Assembly: GCA_963841435.1 (NCBI GenBank)
Contig: CAWJCS010000001.1
Span: 256,001 to 320,000, forward strand
Source of the DNA: an uncultured delta proteobacterium
Lineage (GTDB): Bacteria; Myxococcota_A; Polyangia; Polyangiales; Polyangiaceae
DNA: 64,000 nucleotides
Direction of reading: 5' to 3'
The stretch's first letter is position 1. The number at the start of each line of letters is the position of its first letter. The translations under genes and the position numbers were made by a program. Shown piece by piece: positions 20,779-30,739 of this stretch. The notes under the pieces are model-generated. The model was not told the DNA's origin and did no database searches. It saw nothing but the letters and a program-made list of their open reading frames with translations.

Positions 20779-22103
20779 GCCTCGCCGTGCGCGCCGCTCG
20801 CGCGTGGGGGCTCGCCTTGGTTGCCCTCGTGCCTCTGGGTTGCGCGCGTGGAGCCCGCGTGCGCGGCGACGAGGCGGCGCCGCTCCCGCCCGGCGAAGCG
20901 CGAGACGCCCGGCGCGTGCCGCGGCCCCCGCTAGTTTGCACCATCGAGCCGCCGGCGCGCATGCCGGCTCGCTATCTGAGAACGCTGGAGTACGCACCGG
21001 ACGGTTATGCGCCCAGTGGTCGAGAACCGAGCTCGGACCTGTTGCTCGGTGATCTGCTGTTTCATTCGCCGCACACCCTCGGCCCCCGCGCGCTGTCACT
21101 CGGCATCTCCTGCAACACGTGTCACCCGAACGGGGCAACGCATCCGACCCTCGTCGTGCCGACGCTCAATGACGAGCCCGGCAATGTGGACGTGAGCACG
21201 GCGTTCTTTCGAGGCAGAAGCGACGATCGGATCGCGAACCCCATCAACATCCCGTCGCTCCGCGGCTGCCGCTACACGGCGCCCTATGGGCGCGACGGAC
21301 GCACTTTCTCGCTGGAAGAGTTCGTAGAGAACGTGGTGCAGACGGAATTCGACGGCCAGCCGCTCGACCACGAAGAGCTGTCGGCTCTGGCTCGCTACCT
21401 CTTGGACCTGGATTTTTTACCCAACCAAAACCTGAACACCAAAAGCGAGCTGACGGCTCGAGCCGGCGCCGAGGCCGCGCGCGGTGCAGAGGTGTTCGCG
21501 AGCCCGCGCGCGGGGTTCGGCGGAGCGAGCTGCGCGACCTGCCACCCGAGCTCGAGCTTCTTCACGGACGGGCGCGTCCACCGGTTGGGCACCGGCTCGC
21601 CGCCGTCACCGCATGCGCTCGACTCGGGCTACGAAACGCCGACCCTGCTCGGCTCGTCCGAGACGGCGCCCTACTTCCACGACGGCCGCTTCGCGACCCT
21701 GGGGGAGGTCATCGCGTGGTTCGATCGGAGCTTCTCGCTCGGCCTCACCTCGGACGAGCGCGCCGATCTTCTGAGCTATCTCGAAGCCATCGGCGCCGTG
21801 GACCGCCCGGCCGACGACCGCCCCCTCGCGCAGCGCCTCGATCAGACCTTTGCTTACCTCGATGTGTACGGCGCGACCCAACAGCGCGTGAACGTCGCGT
21901 CCGTCGACGCCGTCTCCTCCGCACTCGAGCACGCGCCGCGCCCGCTCATGACGCGCGTGGAGCAGGCGCGCTCGGAGCTCGAGCGGCTGCGCGCCGCGGC
22001 CGAGCACGGCGCGCCCTCGCCGCGAGACGTCGCGACCGCCCGCGCTCTGCGCCAGGAGCTTGCACGGCTGGCTGCGGACTGGGCCGGCCTCGGGAGGCGA
22101 TAG
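20775..22103 (+). CDS. Di-heme cytochrome c peroxidase/MauG superfamily lipoprotein
   Basis: CNTCH and CATCH; IPSLRG..TAPYGRDG; TPTLLG..TAPYFHDG. Confidence 0.85.
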   Translation: MSLAVRAARAWGLALVALVPLGCARGARVRGDEAAPLPPGEARDARRVPRPPLVCTIEPPARMPARYLRTLEYAPDGYAPSGREPSSDLLLGDLLFHSPHTLGPRALSLGISCNTCHPNGATHPTLVVPTLNDEPGNVDVSTAFFRGRSDDRIANPINIPSLRGCRYTAPYGRDGRTFSLEEFVENVVQTEFDGQPLDHEELSALARYLLDLDFLPNQNLNTKSELTARAGAEAARGAEVFASPRAGFGGASCATCHPSSSFFTDGRVHRLGTGSPPSPHALDSGYETPTLLGSSETAPYFHDGRFATLGEVIAWFDRSFSLGLTSDERADLLSYLEAIGAVDRPADDRPLAQRLDQTFAYLDVYGATQQRVNVASVDAVSSALEHAPRPLMTRVEQARSELERLRAAAEHGAPSPRDVATARALRQELARLAADWAGLGRR

Positions 22104-22159
22104 GCTCCCACCTACGGCTGTCTCCCTCGCAGGGCCAGAACGGGTAGACTGGCGAGCGC

Positions 22160-25100
22160 ATGGCTCAGGGTGCGTCGCCCCAGACTTCGTCGCTGGTCGG
22201 ACGCACGGAGGAGCTCGACACGCTCACGCAGGCCCTCGACGCGGCGGCGTCGGGGCGGGGGAGTCTCGCCCTCGTGTCGGGCGAGGCGGGCATCGGCAAG
22301 AGCGCGCTCGTGGAGGTGCTCCGAGAACGCGCCGAGCGGCGCGGGTTCAGGGTCGCCGCGGGCCGCGCCTGGGAGTTCGCCGACGCGCCGCCCTGGTTCG
22401 CCCTGCGCGCGGCACTGCGCTCGCTCGACATCGATCCCAAGACGTTCGAGGCGTCGGGAGAAGAAGGTGCGTTCCTGTTGTGGGAGCGCGTGCTCGAGGG
22501 GCTGGCCGCTCAGAGCCGCGAAGCGCCGGCGCTCTTCGTCGTCGAGGACGTGCACGCCGCCGATCTGCAGACTCTCGATCTGTTGGTCTTCCTCATCCAG
22601 CCACTCAAGGCGCTTCGCTGCCTGATCGTCGCCACCACGCGCCCCGAAGATCCGCGGCTCAACGATCGCACGAGCGACCGGCTGACCCGGCTTTTCCGCG
22701 ACGGTCTCGACGTGCGTCTTCAGCCGCTTTCCCCGAAGCTCGTCGAGGAGCTCGCCGCGCGCGTCGCCAAAACGCGCTTGCCCGAGGCGGCGATGACACG
22801 GCTCGAGGAGCTCACGGGGGGCAATCCACTCTTCGTCGTGGAGTACGCCCGCGCCCTCGCCGCCTCGACCGGTCACCTTGGCGCGCTCGGCAGCCTGCCC
22901 CCGACCGTGCGCCAGGTGGTGCTCGAGCGGGCGCGGTTTCTGCCCGAAGGAACGCAGCGGACGCTCAGGGCCTGCTCCGTTTTCGGGCGAGACTTCTCGG
23001 CGGCGCTGGTGGCCAAGGTCGTGGACGGCTTGCCTGCGAGCGCGATCGACGAGCTGATTCCGGCGTTGCGCGCCGGCATGGTGCTGGAGCTCGAGCCGGG
23101 GCAGTTTCGCTTCAGCCACGTCCTGGTCCGCGATGCGTTCTACGAAGCGATGGCACCGAGCGAGCGGGCCTCGCTTCACGCACGCGCGGCCACCGCCTTC
23201 GACACGACGGACGGCGGCGACGGGCTGATCACGGCGGCGCAGCATGCCCTCCGGGGTCTGCCGATTTCCGATCGCGAGCTCGCGCTGGGCCTCGTCGAGC
23301 GCGCCATCCGGGCGCTCGAAGCGCAGCGGGCCCACGACCGTGCGTTCGCGCTCTGCCGGCTCCGCGATCGAGCGCGCAGCGAAGGCACGCTGCCGGCCGC
23401 CACCCCCGAAGAGCTCCTGCATTCGGTGGCCCTCGCCCGCGCGGCGGGCCGTTTCGTCGAAGCCAGCGCCCTCTCGGAGCAGCTGCTCGCGCGGGCGCGC
23501 GCCGAGCACGATGCGCGCCTGCTCGCAAAGGCGGCGCTGGCGCTCGGGGCGGCGCTAAAACCCGGGATCGTCGACCGAACCCTGGTCGACGCGCTGACCG
23601 AGGCGCGCGCGGCGCTCGGCGAGGCGGAACCGAAGCTCGGCTGTCTGGTCCGCGCCCGGCTCGCGGCCGCCTTGCAGCCGGCGCCGGATCCGAGGGGACC
23701 CATCGCGATGGCCCACGCCGCCATCGCCGACGCGCGCGCGCTCGGCGACCCCGAGCTCTTGCGCGAGGTGCTCTTTTACGCAGGCTCCGCGCTCGTTGAT
23801 TCTTGCTCAGCCCGACGAACGGCTCGCCTGCGCCAGCGAGCTCCTCACGATCGCAGAGCAGACGGGCGACCACGCCCGCGCCCTTGCCGCCACCGTCAGG
23901 CTTGCCATGGAGCACGCCGGCAACGGCGACTTTTCGGCGCTCTCGGCCGACATCGAGCGCGCGCTCGGCCTCTCGGAGGAGCTCGGGCACGCCCCGCGTT
24001 ACCGCTGGCGTCCGCTCCTGCTCTCCTCCATGCAGGCGAGCGCCAGCGGCCGCTTCGACGACGCCGAGCGCGCCATCGTGGAGGTCAAACAGCTCGCCGC
24101 CCACTGCGACGATCCCGCCCTCGTCATGACGCTCCGCTCCCATCAGCTGCTCACCTTGCGCCTACAGCGTCGGGATCACGAGGTGGACGCCATGGTGCCG
24201 GAAATTCAGTCGCTCCTGGCGGGCTCGGCCCTCGCCGAGCCGATGACGGCCATGCTGCGCCTGACGATCAGCGCCCGCACCGAAGATCGAGAGTCCGCGC
24301 GGGCGGCCTTGACGAAGGTGGAGCCGTACATCGACAAATTCCAGGAAGACCCCGACTTCTGCGCGCTGCTCGCGGAAGGCGTGGCGCTAGTCGGCTCCGA
24401 CCCGCTCCGGCGCCGACTGCGCGCGCGCATCGAAGCGGGTTCCCCCGAGCTCAGCATGGGGCACGTCATCATGGTCTACGAGGGGCCCGCGGCGCGTGTG
24501 CTCGCCCTGCTCGATGCCGCGCTCGGAGAAGCGGACCGAGCGCTCGCGCGACTCGAACGGGCCCGAGAGATCTCCGCGGCGCGGGGTCACCGACCCTGGG
24601 TCGCGCAGATGGAATACGACACGGGCCGCGTGCTGATCGAGAGCGGCCGTGCTTCCGCTGCCCGGTCGCACCTCGAGCAAGCCGGAGCGCTCGCCGACGA
24701 GCTCGGCCTCGGGCCGCTCGCCGACATGGCGCGCGCGCGTCTCGGTGCGGCGCCGGCGGCGCGCGTCGACTCCGAAACGCCAGCCGAACGACCGAGCCTC
24801 ACGCTGACGCCAGAAGGAGACACCTGGGAGGTGCGTCACGGCCCGCGCTCGTTTTCGATCCGGGACACGCGCGGCGTGCAGCTCCTCGCGCGGCTCATCG
24901 AGCGACCCGGTGAAGAGATCCACGCCCTGGTGCTGAGCGGTGACGAGGGCCAAAGCCTCTTCGATGGCGACGCGGGTGAAGCGCTCGACCAGACGGCAGT
25001 GAACGCCTACCGCCGGCGGCTCGGCGAGCTCGAGTCGGCCATCGACGAAGCCGAGTCCGCCGCCGACCGCGGCCGGCTCGCGCGGCTCAGCGCCGAGCGC

Positions 25101-25304
25101 GAGGCACTCGTCGGCGAGCTTACGCGAGCCGTGGGCCTCGGTGGTCGTTCGCGCCGGGCGGGGTCGGCGACCGAGCGCGCGCGGGTCAACGTGCGAAAGC
25201 GCCTCAAGCAGGCCATTGCGAGCATCGAAGAAGTCGATGCGGGCCTTGGGCTCTACCTCACCCAGGCCGTGCGCACCGGAGCGTTCTGCTCTTTTCGTCC
25301 GTAG
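22160..25304 (+). CDS. AAA_16 (STAND-like) ATPase/TPR regulator with a 1-bp frameshift near 23800
   Basis: LVGRTEEL, GEAGIGKS, VEDVHAAD, TGGNPLFV, FSHVLVRD. Continues in ORF 23796..25304 ending ERARVNV...VRTGAFCSFRP. Confidence 0.8.
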
Positions 25305-25401
25305 CTAAGCGACTGAAATAAAAGGGAAATTGTCCGTGACCCCGGGCGAGTCACGATCGTGCCCGCGGCGGTCACGCCTCCCGTTCGAGAGGACAATTCC
25401 C

Positions 25402-26205
25402 ATGAACGAAAACACCGTCGCCCTGCTGATCCCCATCACCTACTTCGGCCTGATGCTGCTCGAGCGTCTCTGGCCGGCGCGCCCCCTACCCAAAGTGAAG
25501 CGCTGGTACCTGAAGGGCCTGATCTTCTTCGTGCTGGTGATGGTGGTGAGCGGCGTCGCGCCCGCGCTCGTCGCGACGGCCATCGGCGACTGGTCGCCGC
25601 TCGGCCTCGCCTCGCTCGGCACCTACGGCGGCGCGCTCGTGACGATCCTCGTCTCCGAGCTCCTGCAGTACGTCCTGCACCGCTCGTTTCACACCACGAG
25701 CGTCCTCTGGCGCTTCGTGCATCAGCTCCACCACAGCGCCGAGCGCCTCGACATTCCCGGCGCCGCCTTCACCCACCCGGCCGAGGTAGCCATCGGCGGC
25801 ATCGCGGCCACGCTCGTCACCATGGCGCTCGGCGTCACGCCCGAAGCCGCGGGCATTGCCGGCTTCTTCGGCGTCTTCAACGCCATCTTCCAGCACGCCA
25901 ACATCAAAACGCCGCGCCTGCTCGGCTACCTCATCCAGCGCCCCGAATCCCACTCCGTGCACCACGCGCGCGGCGTGCACGCCTACAACTACGCCAACCT
26001 CCCGCTCTGGGACATGCTGTTCGGCACCTTCCGCAATCCCGCCGACTTCGTCGAAACCCAGGGCTTCTGGCCCGGCGCCTCCAGCAAGCTCGGCTCCATG
26101 CTCCTCGGCCGCGACGTGAGCGAAGCCCCGACGACCGCCCCGACCTCGTCACGACGCGCCCCGGCGAGCCCCACCGAATCGACGCGAAGCCCAGTCGCCG
26201 CCTGA
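25402..26205 (+). CDS. Sterol desaturase/fatty acid hydroxylase family protein
   Basis: His boxes HRSFH, HQLHHS, FQHAN, HSVHH; NY..LWDMLFGTF. Confidence 0.92.
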   Translation: MNENTVALLIPITYFGLMLLERLWPARPLPKVKRWYLKGLIFFVLVMVVSGVAPALVATAIGDWSPLGLASLGTYGGALVTILVSELLQYVLHRSFHTTSVLWRFVHQLHHSAERLDIPGAAFTHPAEVAIGGIAATLVTMALGVTPEAAGIAGFFGVFNAIFQHANIKTPRLLGYLIQRPESHSVHHARGVHAYNYANLPLWDMLFGTFRNPADFVETQGFWPGASSKLGSMLLGRDVSEAPTTAPTSSRRAPASPTESTRSPVAA

Positions 26206-26316
26206 CCGCGTCGCACGGGCCCGCACCCGCCCCGGCCTCGAATGCTCCGCATCGCGCGGAGCGTCGAGTGCCGGGTCGAGGTCGTTCGGGGCTCCCTGAA
26301 ACACCTCCGCCGGGAG

Positions 26317-26892
26317 CTAGTCGGGCAGTCGTTCGTAAAGCTTTGCCAGATCGAGATGGGCACCCGAGGAGAGATCGAGGGCGCCAGCGGTAACGTCGCT
26401 ATATTCCCAAGCGCCGGATGGCAGGCGACGGTAGCGCTCGATACGAGGCTCGGACTGACTCACGAGCACGTACTCCTCGAGTGAAGGGATGAGTTGATAG
26501 TGTTGCCACTTGCTGCCGCGGTCCTCTTGTTCCGTGGATGGCGACAACACTTCGACGAGCACCGTCGGGTTCGTGATCGTCGCACCGAGCAGATCGGCGG
26601 GGTCGCCTTCGATGGCGCCGCACACGAGCGTTGCATCGGGGTACGTCGCCCTGCCGGTCGCGAGCACGCGGACCTTCTGATCGGACTGAAATGCGACGCA
26701 CTCGGAGCTCCGACCCTGCTCGAGCGCGGCGGAAACGCGCGACGCGAGGGCGTTGTGGCGACGCGAGCCGCCGGCCATCGCGAGGATTTCGCCGTTGTCG
26801 TATTCGTGCTTGAGCCCGCTGTCCTGCTCGTAGGCGAGGTACTCCGCGTAGGTGTACCGGTGCCGCGGGGGAGCAGCCCGAGCCATCGCCAT
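26317..26892 (-). CDS. Uma2 family PD-(D/E)XK endonuclease
   Basis: KHEYDNGEILAMAGGSRRH, YPDATLVC, NPTVLVEVLSPST, IPSLEEYVLVSQ. Confidence 0.93.
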   Translation of the reverse strand: MAMARAAPPRHRYTYAEYLAYEQDSGLKHEYDNGEILAMAGGSRRHNALASRVSAALEQGRSSECVAFQSDQKVRVLATGRATYPDATLVCGAIEGDPADLLGATITNPTVLVEVLSPSTEQEDRGSKWQHYQLIPSLEEYVLVSQSEPRIERYRRLPSGAWEYSDVTAGALDLSSGAHLDLAKLYERLPD

Positions 26893-26981
26893 TCATGATG
26901 GGGCGGGCGGTCGCCGAAGTCGAGCCGCTCGCGGAGGTGGCGCCTGGCATCGCGCCTGTCCTCCTTTGCCGCGCGGTACCC

Positions 26982-27326
26982 CTAGTCGGGCGGGGCCGCG
27001 ATACCGAAGCAAGCCTCCAAGCATGAGCGAAGCTCGGGGGCTCCGGGCGGCACCTCCGGGTCCGCGGAGCTGATCAGCACGTAATAGACCGCGGCACAGC
27101 TCGCCTTCGACAGGCACCGGCCCTGGCACTGGTCCAGATCGGTGCAGTCCTCGCTGATGTGAACGGGCAACTGAAGAAACCCGTGCGCCCGGATCCCTTC
27201 GCTGAGCCCTTCGTGGCACTCGTCGAGCTTCGCTTGGCCGCCGTCGCACTTCGACTTGCTATCGCCACCGCAACCGGCCAAGAGGGTGGCGGCTACGAGG
27301 ACGGGAGCAAGCCGAAACGGTCGCAT
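26982..27326 (-). CDS. Small Cys-rich lipoprotein
   Basis: LLAGC lipobox and paired Cys residues. Confidence 0.6.
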   Translation of the reverse strand: MRPFRLAPVLVAATLLAGCGGDSKSKCDGGQAKLDECHEGLSEGIRAHGFLQLPVHISEDCTDLDQCQGRCLSKASCAAVYYVLISSADPEVPPGAPELRSCLEACFGIAAPPD

Positions 27327-27448
27327 CGAGCTGAGGGTAACCTACCTTCCGGGCCACCCGGAGTGGGGGAACCGCCTGTGCTCGAGCTCGGCTTGCGCCC
27401 GCGTGTTCCCCTGCTGGGCTCGAGCGAGCCATGCTGGCCGTCGCTGCC

Positions 27449-28153
27449 ATGCCGAAGAAGCTCGACATCTATGCGGGAAAGAGCCCACGTGAGCTGCCAC
27501 TCTACTCCGTTCACGAGGCGGCGCGCATCGTGCGCGTGCGACCAACCACGGTTCGTGCTTGGGCGCTCGGCCGCACCTACCCGACAAGCCAGGGCGACAG
27601 GGCCTGGCCCCCGCTCATCCACGCCGCAGATCCCAAGGGTCGCAGGCTGTCTTTCGCGAACCTGGTCGAGCTTCACGTGCTGCGCTCGCTGCGCGACAAG
27701 CGCGTGCGCGTCGAGAGCATCCGGAGCGCCTCGCGGTTCATCAAGAATGCGCTCAGGGCCGAGCACCCGCTCGCGGACGTGGACGCCCACACCGACTGCG
27801 TCGATGTCTACGTGGAGTACCTGGGCCGGCTGATCAATGCGTCCACGTCCAACCTTGCGCTCCGCCCGGTCGTCGAAAAGTATCTCGAACGCATCGATCG
27901 CGACGAGCAGGGGCTTGCCAGTCGGCTGTTTCCCATCACCCGTGATGACGCCACCAACACCCGTGCCGTCGTCATCGACCCGGCGCGGCGCTTCGGCAGG
28001 CCCATCCTCGCGAACGCGAACATCGAGACATCCGTCATTGCGGATCGCTTCTTCGCAGGCGAGGTGCCAGAGTCCCTCGCTGCTGACTTCGACATCTCCG
28101 AGAGCGACGTGCACGAAGCCGTGAGGTTCGAGCATCAACTGCGCGCTGCCTGA
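27449..28153 (+). CDS. DUF433 antitoxin (VapB45-like)
   Basis: PLYSVHEAARIV HTH, LSFANLVELHVL, VVIDPARRFGRP, LAADF..V.EAVRFE. Confidence 0.88.
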   Translation: MPKKLDIYAGKSPRELPLYSVHEAARIVRVRPTTVRAWALGRTYPTSQGDRAWPPLIHAADPKGRRLSFANLVELHVLRSLRDKRVRVESIRSASRFIKNALRAEHPLADVDAHTDCVDVYVEYLGRLINASTSNLALRPVVEKYLERIDRDEQGLASRLFPITRDDATNTRAVVIDPARRFGRPILANANIETSVIADRFFAGEVPESLAADFDISESDVHEAVRFEHQLRAA

Positions 28154-28156
28154 GCC

Positions 28157-28578
28157 GTGACTTCCGGGCGCGTCTACTGGGTCGACCGCTCGCTCGGAAG
28201 CATCTACATCCCCAACACGCTGCGAGCCGCGGGCGTCGGCATCAAAGTCTAGGGCGACATCCATGCCGACCCGTCGGTGCCGGACCACGAGTGGATGCCG
28301 GAGGTCGCAGCCCGCGGCTGGGTGATTCTCACAAGGACAAGGCCATTCGGCGTCAACCGGTCGAAATCGCAGCGATCCGACGCGCGAGCGCATACTGCGT
28401 GTGCCTGTCCGCCAAGAACATGCGCGGTGATGAGCAGGCCGCATGCCTCATCGAAAAATGGCCGACTATCGACTCCTTGGTGGCGAGTAAGCGAGCGCCG
28501 CTGATTGTCATGGTGACCCGCACCGTCGTGCAATGGCTCGACGGTGCGCACTGGCGCTCGGCCAAACCCAGGCGATAG
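28157..28578 (+). pseudogene. PIN-like toxin (VapC45-like) with in-frame TAG at 28250 and frameshift near 28333
   Basis: YWVDRSLG...LRAAG..KV*...DHEWM..VAARGWVILT / KDKAIRR... Confidence 0.8.
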
Positions 28579-28841
28579 CGGCATGGATTGGCAGGCTGTG
28601 GATAGTTTGAGCTGTCGCAACATTCCCGTCACAAACGAACCCCTTCCGCCCGCGTGTGTTTTGGAGTTACTTTCGCCGATCCATGGGATCGAAGAAGCGG
28701 GCGGCGGCGACGCGAGACGTGTCGAATACGGAGCTGGAGGGAGTGGTATGCGCCGCAGCGCGACGCGCGCTGGACACGCCGTCGGTCGGGGTTGGTCAAC
28801 GACGCGAGACAGGGCGTCCCGGGGTCGGCGTCTAGGAGGAC

Positions 28842-30059
28842 GTGGGGGCTGCGATGGCAAATCCTCTCGTTGCGAGCTCCAGCGGTGCGGCAGTGCCCGC
28901 GACGGTCGAGACCCCCGCTTCCGAAGCGCTCAAGCGATCGGAGCCGGGGCGAGTGCAGAGCGTGTTCTGCCGCGACGTCGATCTCGCGCGACGTCGCTTG
29001 CGAGTGGCCGCAGAGGAAGAGAAGTCGATCCCCACGCTCGTCGCTCTTGAATGGGAGCGCGTGCCGTCCCTGGCGCGAGAGCTCGATGAGATCCGCGATG
29101 CTCTGGCAGAGGCCGCAGGCTCCATCTGGCCAAATTGGTACATCACCGCTGAGGAGCGCTTCGAGCGAACGCGACCGCGGGAACTGGACCTTTCGCCCCT
29201 GATCGCCGAAATCGCGCAGTCGGCCGGGAAAGTGTCGACGAGCTGGCTACGCGAGGCCTGGAAGCGTTGCCGCAACGGCAACCCGCCCGTCGTTGCGCAC
29301 ATGGCTGCTGGTGAGCAGGTCCGGCAGCTGTCGCGCGCGCTCGACCCAGGCCGACTGGTGTTCGTCCTTTCCGTCCTCTCAGACGATGCGCCACCAGCTC
29401 GTCTTCGAGGGCTCGCTGGGGCGGCGGAATGGCTGGCTTACGAGGCACAAGCGCGGACGCTACTGTTGTTGCCCGGGTCCTGGCAGGGGAACCCCGAGCT
29501 CGATCGCGTCGCGTACGGCGCCGTCACCCTCGACGAGGACGAGGTCGCGACCCCGAGGGTTCCCGCAATAGAGCCGCTTGAACCGCCTGGGAACGTCAAT
29601 CCGTCGGAGGAGGCCTCGCGTGAGAGCGAGTTGACCAAGCGCGTCGGCGAGGCCCCGGTTCACGTGTTGGTTGGCCCCGTCGTCGGCAAGCCGCACCCTG
29701 GGAGTGAGGTCGAGCAACTGCTCAACAAACGACTGTCGTCAGATCACGATCTCGGCGCGCTGTTCGAGTACAACCAGCGACTGGCGGCGTTCGGCGGCAA
29801 CCAGTACATCGTCAACTTGGTTTGGAAGCAGGGCGGTCTCGTCGTCGAGCTCGACGGACCCGAGCATCACGGTCACCTGACGTACGTCAAGGATCGCGAG
29901 CGCGACTACCGCCTCTACATGAGCGGCTACACGACGCTCCGGGTGACGAACGACGAGGTGTGCATCGACGTTGAGCGCGTCGTCACCAAGATCAAGAACA
30001 TGGTGGGGCGCTTGAAAGCACACCAAAAAGGGAAGGTGAGCGATGACCTACGAACCTAG
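28842..30059 (+). CDS. Protein with C-terminal DUF559/Vsr-like endonuclease domain
   Basis: SEVE..L...EYNQ...YIVNLVW...VVELDGPEHH...DRERD..L...GYTTLRVTNDEV; RBS aggagga before GTG. Confidence 0.85.
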   Translation: MGAAMANPLVASSSGAAVPATVETPASEALKRSEPGRVQSVFCRDVDLARRRLRVAAEEEKSIPTLVALEWERVPSLARELDEIRDALAEAAGSIWPNWYITAEERFERTRPRELDLSPLIAEIAQSAGKVSTSWLREAWKRCRNGNPPVVAHMAAGEQVRQLSRALDPGRLVFVLSVLSDDAPPARLRGLAGAAEWLAYEAQARTLLLLPGSWQGNPELDRVAYGAVTLDEDEVATPRVPAIEPLEPPGNVNPSEEASRESELTKRVGEAPVHVLVGPVVGKPHPGSEVEQLLNKRLSSDHDLGALFEYNQRLAAFGGNQYIVNLVWKQGGLVVELDGPEHHGHLTYVKDRERDYRLYMSGYTTLRVTNDEVCIDVERVVTKIKNMVGRLKAHQKGKVSDDLRT

Positions 30060-30738
30060 TCCCAAGCAGGCACTGCTTATTTGGAAGATGATCACTGGCG
30101 CGAGCCACGAGGAACGCGAGCCGCTGCAGAGCAAGACGCGACCCGAGCTGAGCGCCAAGGAACGGAAGGCTCTCGCGGACAACGGGTTCGTAACTCTGGA
30201 GCCGCCGGGCAAGAAGCAGGGCCTAAGGCTCGTTCTCACGGACAAGGCCTGGGCCTGGGCGGAAGCGGCCGGGGACGTCGACCTTTTCAAGTCCCGGTCG
30301 AGCGTGGGAGCCGAAGCACTGCAGGGATTGCTCCGTCGGCTGCTGCCGTTCCTGAGGCGTGAGGAAATTCCCCTGTCGAATCTGTTCGCGGAGGATTCCG
30401 CGCCCGCCGAGGGCAGAGAGGGCGCAACGCCCGCCGTCGAGTCAACTTCCAACGAAAACGGCTCGTCCGATTCGAAGTCATTGCCTGCCCGAATCGAAGC
30501 AGAGTGCCTGTCGCTATCGGGCGGTGCCAGACAGGAGCGCGTGCGCCTCAGCGCGCTCCGCCATCGCCTGAAGTCCGTGCAGCGCGGCGTGCTCGATGCG
30601 GCGCTGCTGAATCTTCAAGATCAGCGTCAACTCGTCCTTTACCGCGACGACAACACCGCCGCACTCACCGAAGACGATCGCGACGCAGCGCTGTTGGTCG
30701 GCGGTGAACCCCGGCACCTGGTCTATCTGGAGGCATGA
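30043..30738 (+). CDS. Hypothetical protein, probably two winged-helix-like domains
   Basis: Overlaps the upstream gene. N-terminal LADNGFV...LTDKAWAW; C-terminal VRLSALRHRL..V.R..LDAALL.L...LVLY. Confidence 0.7.
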   Translation: MTYEPSPKQALLIWKMITGASHEEREPLQSKTRPELSAKERKALADNGFVTLEPPGKKQGLRLVLTDKAWAWAEAAGDVDLFKSRSSVGAEALQGLLRRLLPFLRREEIPLSNLFAEDSAPAEGREGATPAVESTSNENGSSDSKSLPARIEAECLSLSGGARQERVRLSALRHRLKSVQRGVLDAALLNLQDQRQLVLYRDDNTAALTEDDRDAALLVGGEPRHLVYLEA

Positions 30739-30739
30739 C

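Noticed and set aside
28250-28252. In-frame TAG as possible pyrrolysine or readthrough codon
   Set aside because: The same gene also has a frameshift, and TAG is used as a normal stop elsewhere in the window.
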